A stretch of DNA of 64,000 nucleotides from Thermodesulfobacteriota bacterium. GTDB lineage: Bacteria > Desulfobacterota > Desulfobacteria > Desulfobacterales > SURF-7. Numbering within the stretch: the first letter of the stretch is position 1; each line of letters opens with the position of its first letter. Location of the stretch: positions 1-64,000 of the forward strand of contig JBMORA010000050.1 of NCBI GenBank assembly GCA_049320885.1, read 5' to 3'. The translations under genes and the position numbers were made by a program. This document shows, one piece after another, positions 60,650-64,000 of this stretch. Below the pieces are notes generated by a model, which made no database searches, was not told where the DNA came from, and worked only from the letters and a program-made list of their open reading frames with translations.

Positions 60650-62257
60650 ATGTCGCCGATTTTCGCGTTAAATCCCATTTCTCGAAAACGGCTCCGGCGT
60701 TTTACGGAAATCAGGCGGGCGTATTTTTCTTTTCTGATTCTAGGCTTTCTATATCTGACAAGCCTCGGCGCGGAACTCATTTGCAACAACACTCCTCTTT
60801 ACATCCGATACAACGGAGAATCCTATTTTCCCTTCCTGAGATTTTATCCGGACGATACCTTTACCGGCAGCGGGAAAAATACCCGTCCGGATTATCGGCA
60901 GATCGCCGGTTCGCCGGAATTCGCGAATAATCCCGATAATGCCATGCTTTTCCCCCTGATAGCCAGCGGGCCATATGAGAGCATCCCCCCGGATTCCATC
61001 GCCTCGTCGGATGGCATCATCATGACCCTCAGACCCATGCCGCGCGTTGGAACCGCGAACATCGACCCGGATTATACCATTGTCTCGTCGGCCAGTTTTG
61101 GCGTATTCCTCGGGCAAGACGGCGAAGCGGCCAAGGGAAGCAGGATTACGGACGGCATGGCGCCTTCCCCGGAGTTGCGCCGAGCCGTGGAACTCCGTTT
61201 TCAGAACCGTCCGGCGCCGGCGTTTGTCCAGGAATCCCTCACCCGCGGCGGCATGCGCGTCCGGATCTCACTTCCCGCCTATGCTCCCCGGAGCCAGTCG
61301 CCCGGATCGGTGCGCCTGACGTTGCGGCAAATGATTCCGGAAAAAACGACTGCAACCCTTCCGTTTTCGCGGGAGTCCCTGCAACAGGGCCGGCCGGAAA
61401 AATCGGGGGAGGCTTTTTGGCGAGAGTTTTCCCGGACGCAGCAGGAAAAAATTGTGGACCGTGTCGGACGCAGATTCAAAGGGACGGTGGATGATATCAC
61501 TCTTTTATTGGGTGGAACGGTTTACAGCGCGGCGTTTGTCAAGGAAGATATCCGCTTTCCCTACGGGCCGGTCAAGGGACATCTTCTCGGGATCGACGGG
61601 GCCGGCCGGGATGTGGCCGCGAGAATTATTTACGGGCTGCGCACATCCATGACCTTCGGGCTGTTATTGGTCCTCTGCTCCATGGCGTTGGGCATTCTTG
61701 CCGGTGCCCTCCAGGGGTACTACGGTGGCGGGCTCGATATTACCGCCCAGCGGCTGATTGAAATCTGGAGCGCCTTGCCTTTTTTGTATGTCATGATTCT
61801 GATGGGGTCCGTCTATGGGCGCAGTTTCACCCTGCTGCTGTTCTGCTACGGCATTTTCAACTGGATCGGCATTTCCTATTATATCCGCGCCGAATTCCTG
61901 CGTCTGCGCAAACAGCCATTCGTGGAAGCCGCCAAATGCATGGGGATCTCCTCGTTCAAAATCATTTTCAGGCACATCCTGCCCAACGGGATCACGCCGG
62001 TCATCACTTTTTTCCCTTTCTCCCTGGTGGGCGCCATCGGTTCCCTGGCGGCGCTCGACTATCTCGGTTTTGGAATGCCGCCTCCGACCCCCAGCTGGGG
62101 TGAATTGCTGTATCAGGCCCAGCAGTACCGCTGGGCCTGGTGGCTGATCTTATATCCGTCCCTGGCGCTTTTCATCGTCATGTTGCTGGGGGTTTTCGTG
62201 GGCGAAGGCATCCGCAATGCCTATGATCCCAAACGATATACGAGGTTGGAGGGATGA
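60650..62257 (+). CDS. Peptide ABC transporter permease (YejE/OppC-like) with enlarged periplasmic region
   Basis: N-terminal RRAYFS...AELICN..PL, HLLG.D..GRDV.AR.IYG.R.S, RAEFLRLR...FVEAA, LDYLGFG.PP..PSWGELL. Confidence 0.88.
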   Translation: MSPIFALNPISRKRLRRFTEIRRAYFSFLILGFLYLTSLGAELICNNTPLYIRYNGESYFPFLRFYPDDTFTGSGKNTRPDYRQIAGSPEFANNPDNAMLFPLIASGPYESIPPDSIASSDGIIMTLRPMPRVGTANIDPDYTIVSSASFGVFLGQDGEAAKGSRITDGMAPSPELRRAVELRFQNRPAPAFVQESLTRGGMRVRISLPAYAPRSQSPGSVRLTLRQMIPEKTTATLPFSRESLQQGRPEKSGEAFWREFSRTQQEKIVDRVGRRFKGTVDDITLLLGGTVYSAAFVKEDIRFPYGPVKGHLLGIDGAGRDVAARIIYGLRTSMTFGLLLVLCSMALGILAGALQGYYGGGLDITAQRLIEIWSALPFLYVMILMGSVYGRSFTLLLFCYGIFNWIGISYYIRAEFLRLRKQPFVEAAKCMGISSFKIIFRHILPNGITPVITFFPFSLVGAIGSLAALDYLGFGMPPPTPSWGELLYQAQQYRWAWWLILYPSLALFIVMLLGVFVGEGIRNAYDPKRYTRLEG

Positions 62258-63258
62258 CCGTTCCGCTGCTGGATATCCAGAACCTGACGGTTCGTTTCCA
62301 AACCGACGAAAGCGTCTTTAACGCCGTGGAGGACATTTCCTTTCATATCGACCGGGGTGAAATCGTGGGCCTGGTGGGGGAATCCGGCTGCGGGAAGTCG
62401 GTAACGGCGCTGAGTATCCCGCGGCTGATTCCGTCACCGCCGGGCAAAATTCAATCCGGTCGCATTCTTTTCGACAATCAGGACCTCACGGCTCTGGATC
62501 CCGGTTCCATGCGGCGCATCCGGGGCAAAAGGATCACGATGATTTTCCAGGAGCCTTCCGCCGCGCTTTCTCCCCTGCAGAAGATCGGACGCCAGATGAT
62601 CGAGACCCTCCGGTTCCATACCGACCTGGGAAAAAGGCAGGCACGGGAAGCGGCCCGGATATGGCTTGAAAAAATGAAAATCCCCGATGCCGGGGAGCGC
62701 CTGGAGGCCTATCCGTACCAGCTTTCCGGGGGCATGCAGCAGCGGGTTATGATCGCCATGGCCTTGATGACGGAACCAGAGTTGTTGATTGCCGACGAAC
62801 CGACCACGGCCCTGGATGTCACCATCCAGGCCCAGATATTTCATCTCATCCGGGAAATGCGGGCGGAACGAACCGCCATTCTCCTTATCACCCATGATAT
62901 GGGCGTTGTGTGGGAAATGTGCGACCGGGTGCTGGTCATGTACGCCGCCAATATCGTCGAGGAGGGCCCGCTGGCGTCTGTTTTTGCAGCGCCTTCGCAT
63001 CCCTATACCCGCGGTTTGCTGCAATCCATTCCGCGTCTGTCCGAGCGCAGGGAAACGCTGTTCGCCATCCCCGGCCAGGTGCCTTCGCCGTCGAATTTCC
63101 CATCCGGATGTCATTTCCGGGACCGCTGTCCCATTGCTTTTGACCGGTGCGCGCTTGAGAAACCGCCGATGATCGAACTGACTCCCCGGCACCGGTCCGC
63201 CTGTTTCAAGGCGGAAGAACTGAACCGCGAACCCGGAAAACCGATATTCATCCAATGA
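62254..63258 (+). CDS. Peptide ABC transporter ATP-binding protein (OppD/DppD-like)
   Basis: [35 protein letters not shown]-terminal GC.F..RC...C...C Fe-S domain. Confidence 0.93.
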   Translation: MTVPLLDIQNLTVRFQTDESVFNAVEDISFHIDRGEIVGLVGESGCGKSVTALSIPRLIPSPPGKIQSGRILFDNQDLTALDPGSMRRIRGKRITMIFQEPSAALSPLQKIGRQMIETLRFHTDLGKRQAREAARIWLEKMKIPDAGERLEAYPYQLSGGMQQRVMIAMALMTEPELLIADEPTTALDVTIQAQIFHLIREMRAERTAILLITHDMGVVWEMCDRVLVMYAANIVEEGPLASVFAAPSHPYTRGLLQSIPRLSERRETLFAIPGQVPSPSNFPSGCHFRDRCPIAFDRCALEKPPMIELTPRHRSACFKAEELNREPGKPIFIQ

Positions 63259-64000
63259 AACCGATGCAAACAGCCCCCGTGATACTTCAGATCAAGGAAT
63301 TGAGAACCTGGTTTCCGATCAGGCGCGGCGTGTTCGCCAGAACCGTCGGCCATGTCCGGGCCGTGGATGGTGTCGATTTGTCCATCGAGCAGGGCGAAAC
63401 CATGGGGCTTGTGGGGGAATCCGGGTGCGGAAAATCCACCCTCGGCAGGACCATCCTCGGGTTGGAAAAACCCGTTGGGGGCGAAATCGTCTTTCAGGGG
63501 CAAGTCCTTGCCGGCCGATCCCGTAGATCCCTGCGGGAGTTCAGGCGCAGGATGCAGATCATATTTCAGGATCCGGTTTCTTCCCTGAATCCGCGAATGA
63601 ATATCCTGGATATCGTTACGGAAGGTTTGAGGGAATACGGCCTGATCCGGGGAAGCCGGGAGGAAGCCGCGGCGGAACTACTTCAGGAAGTCGGGTTGAG
63701 CGGGGAGGACATGTTCCGGTATCCGCATGAGTTTTCCGGCGGTCAGCGCCAGCGGATCAGCATTGCCCGGGCCATCTCCCTCAAGCCCGATTTCATTGTC
63801 TGCGACGAACCGGTTAGCGCCCTGGATGTTTCTGTTCAAGCCCAGGTGATCAACCTGCTCATCGACCTGCGGAAACGTCACGGCCTTTCCTATCTGTTCA
63901 TCTCCCACGATCTGAGTGTGGTCAACCATATTTCCCGGCGCATTGCCGTCATGTATCTGGGGCGGATCGTGGAACTCGGTTCAGCGGACGATATCATCCA
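63255..64000 (+). CDS. Peptide ABC transporter ATP-binding protein (OppF/DppF-like), 3' partial
   Basis: Not in the ORF track. From ATG 63255 (ATGA overlap): [47 protein letters not shown]; open to the window end. Confidence 0.92.
   Translation, partial: MKPMQTAPVILQIKELRTWFPIRRGVFARTVGHVRAVDGVDLSIEQGETMGLVGESGCGKSTLGRTILGLEKPVGGEIVFQGQVLAGRSRRSLREFRRRMQIIFQDPVSSLNPRMNILDIVTEGLREYGLIRGSREEAAAELLQEVGLSGEDMFRYPHEFSGGQRQRISIARAISLKPDFIVCDEPVSALDVSVQAQVINLLIDLRKRHGLSYLFISHDLSVVNHISRRIAVMYLGRIVELGSADDII

Overview
Chromosomal window, GC-rich, whose gene content (Hdr-like modules, PilZ/PAS/GAF signalling, class III PhaEC, YcaO-TPR) suggests a Desulfobacterales-type sulfate reducer; this is an inference. 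It is mostly core and metabolic genes: fba, rnhA, a DEAD-box helicase, phaE-phaC, a glycerol operon, cysQ, manC, glycerate kinase, yqgE, dynamin-like + ParA, copZ-copA, YcaO-TPR, tRNA-Ala(CGC), hisB, dnaG-rpoD-tRNA(CAT), nif3-zinc ribbon-rnpB, an HPr-domain protein, ispD, an rnj-ftsK operon and a Yej/Opp-type ABC transporter that runs off the right end. An AT-richer island (~7.8-11.3 kb) is decaying. It holds an orphan Phd antitoxin with intact promoter/operator, an XhoI/PaeR7I-type restriction enzyme with an in-frame TAG, an open methyltransferase, a triply broken RAYT transposase and a truncated nucleotidyltransferase. The most interesting candidate systems are: (1) glpAB with glpC replaced by a NarI-like/heme-c/4x[4Fe-4S] fusion plus HdrB; (2) a SAM methyltransferase translationally coupled to a bacterial cereblon (CULT) protein; (3) a stand-alone YcaO-TPR; (4) a solo dynamin-like GTPase with an orphan ParA; (5) a large HPr fusion. 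No CRISPR array or rRNA was seen. All calls come from motif recognition by eye; no database searches were run.
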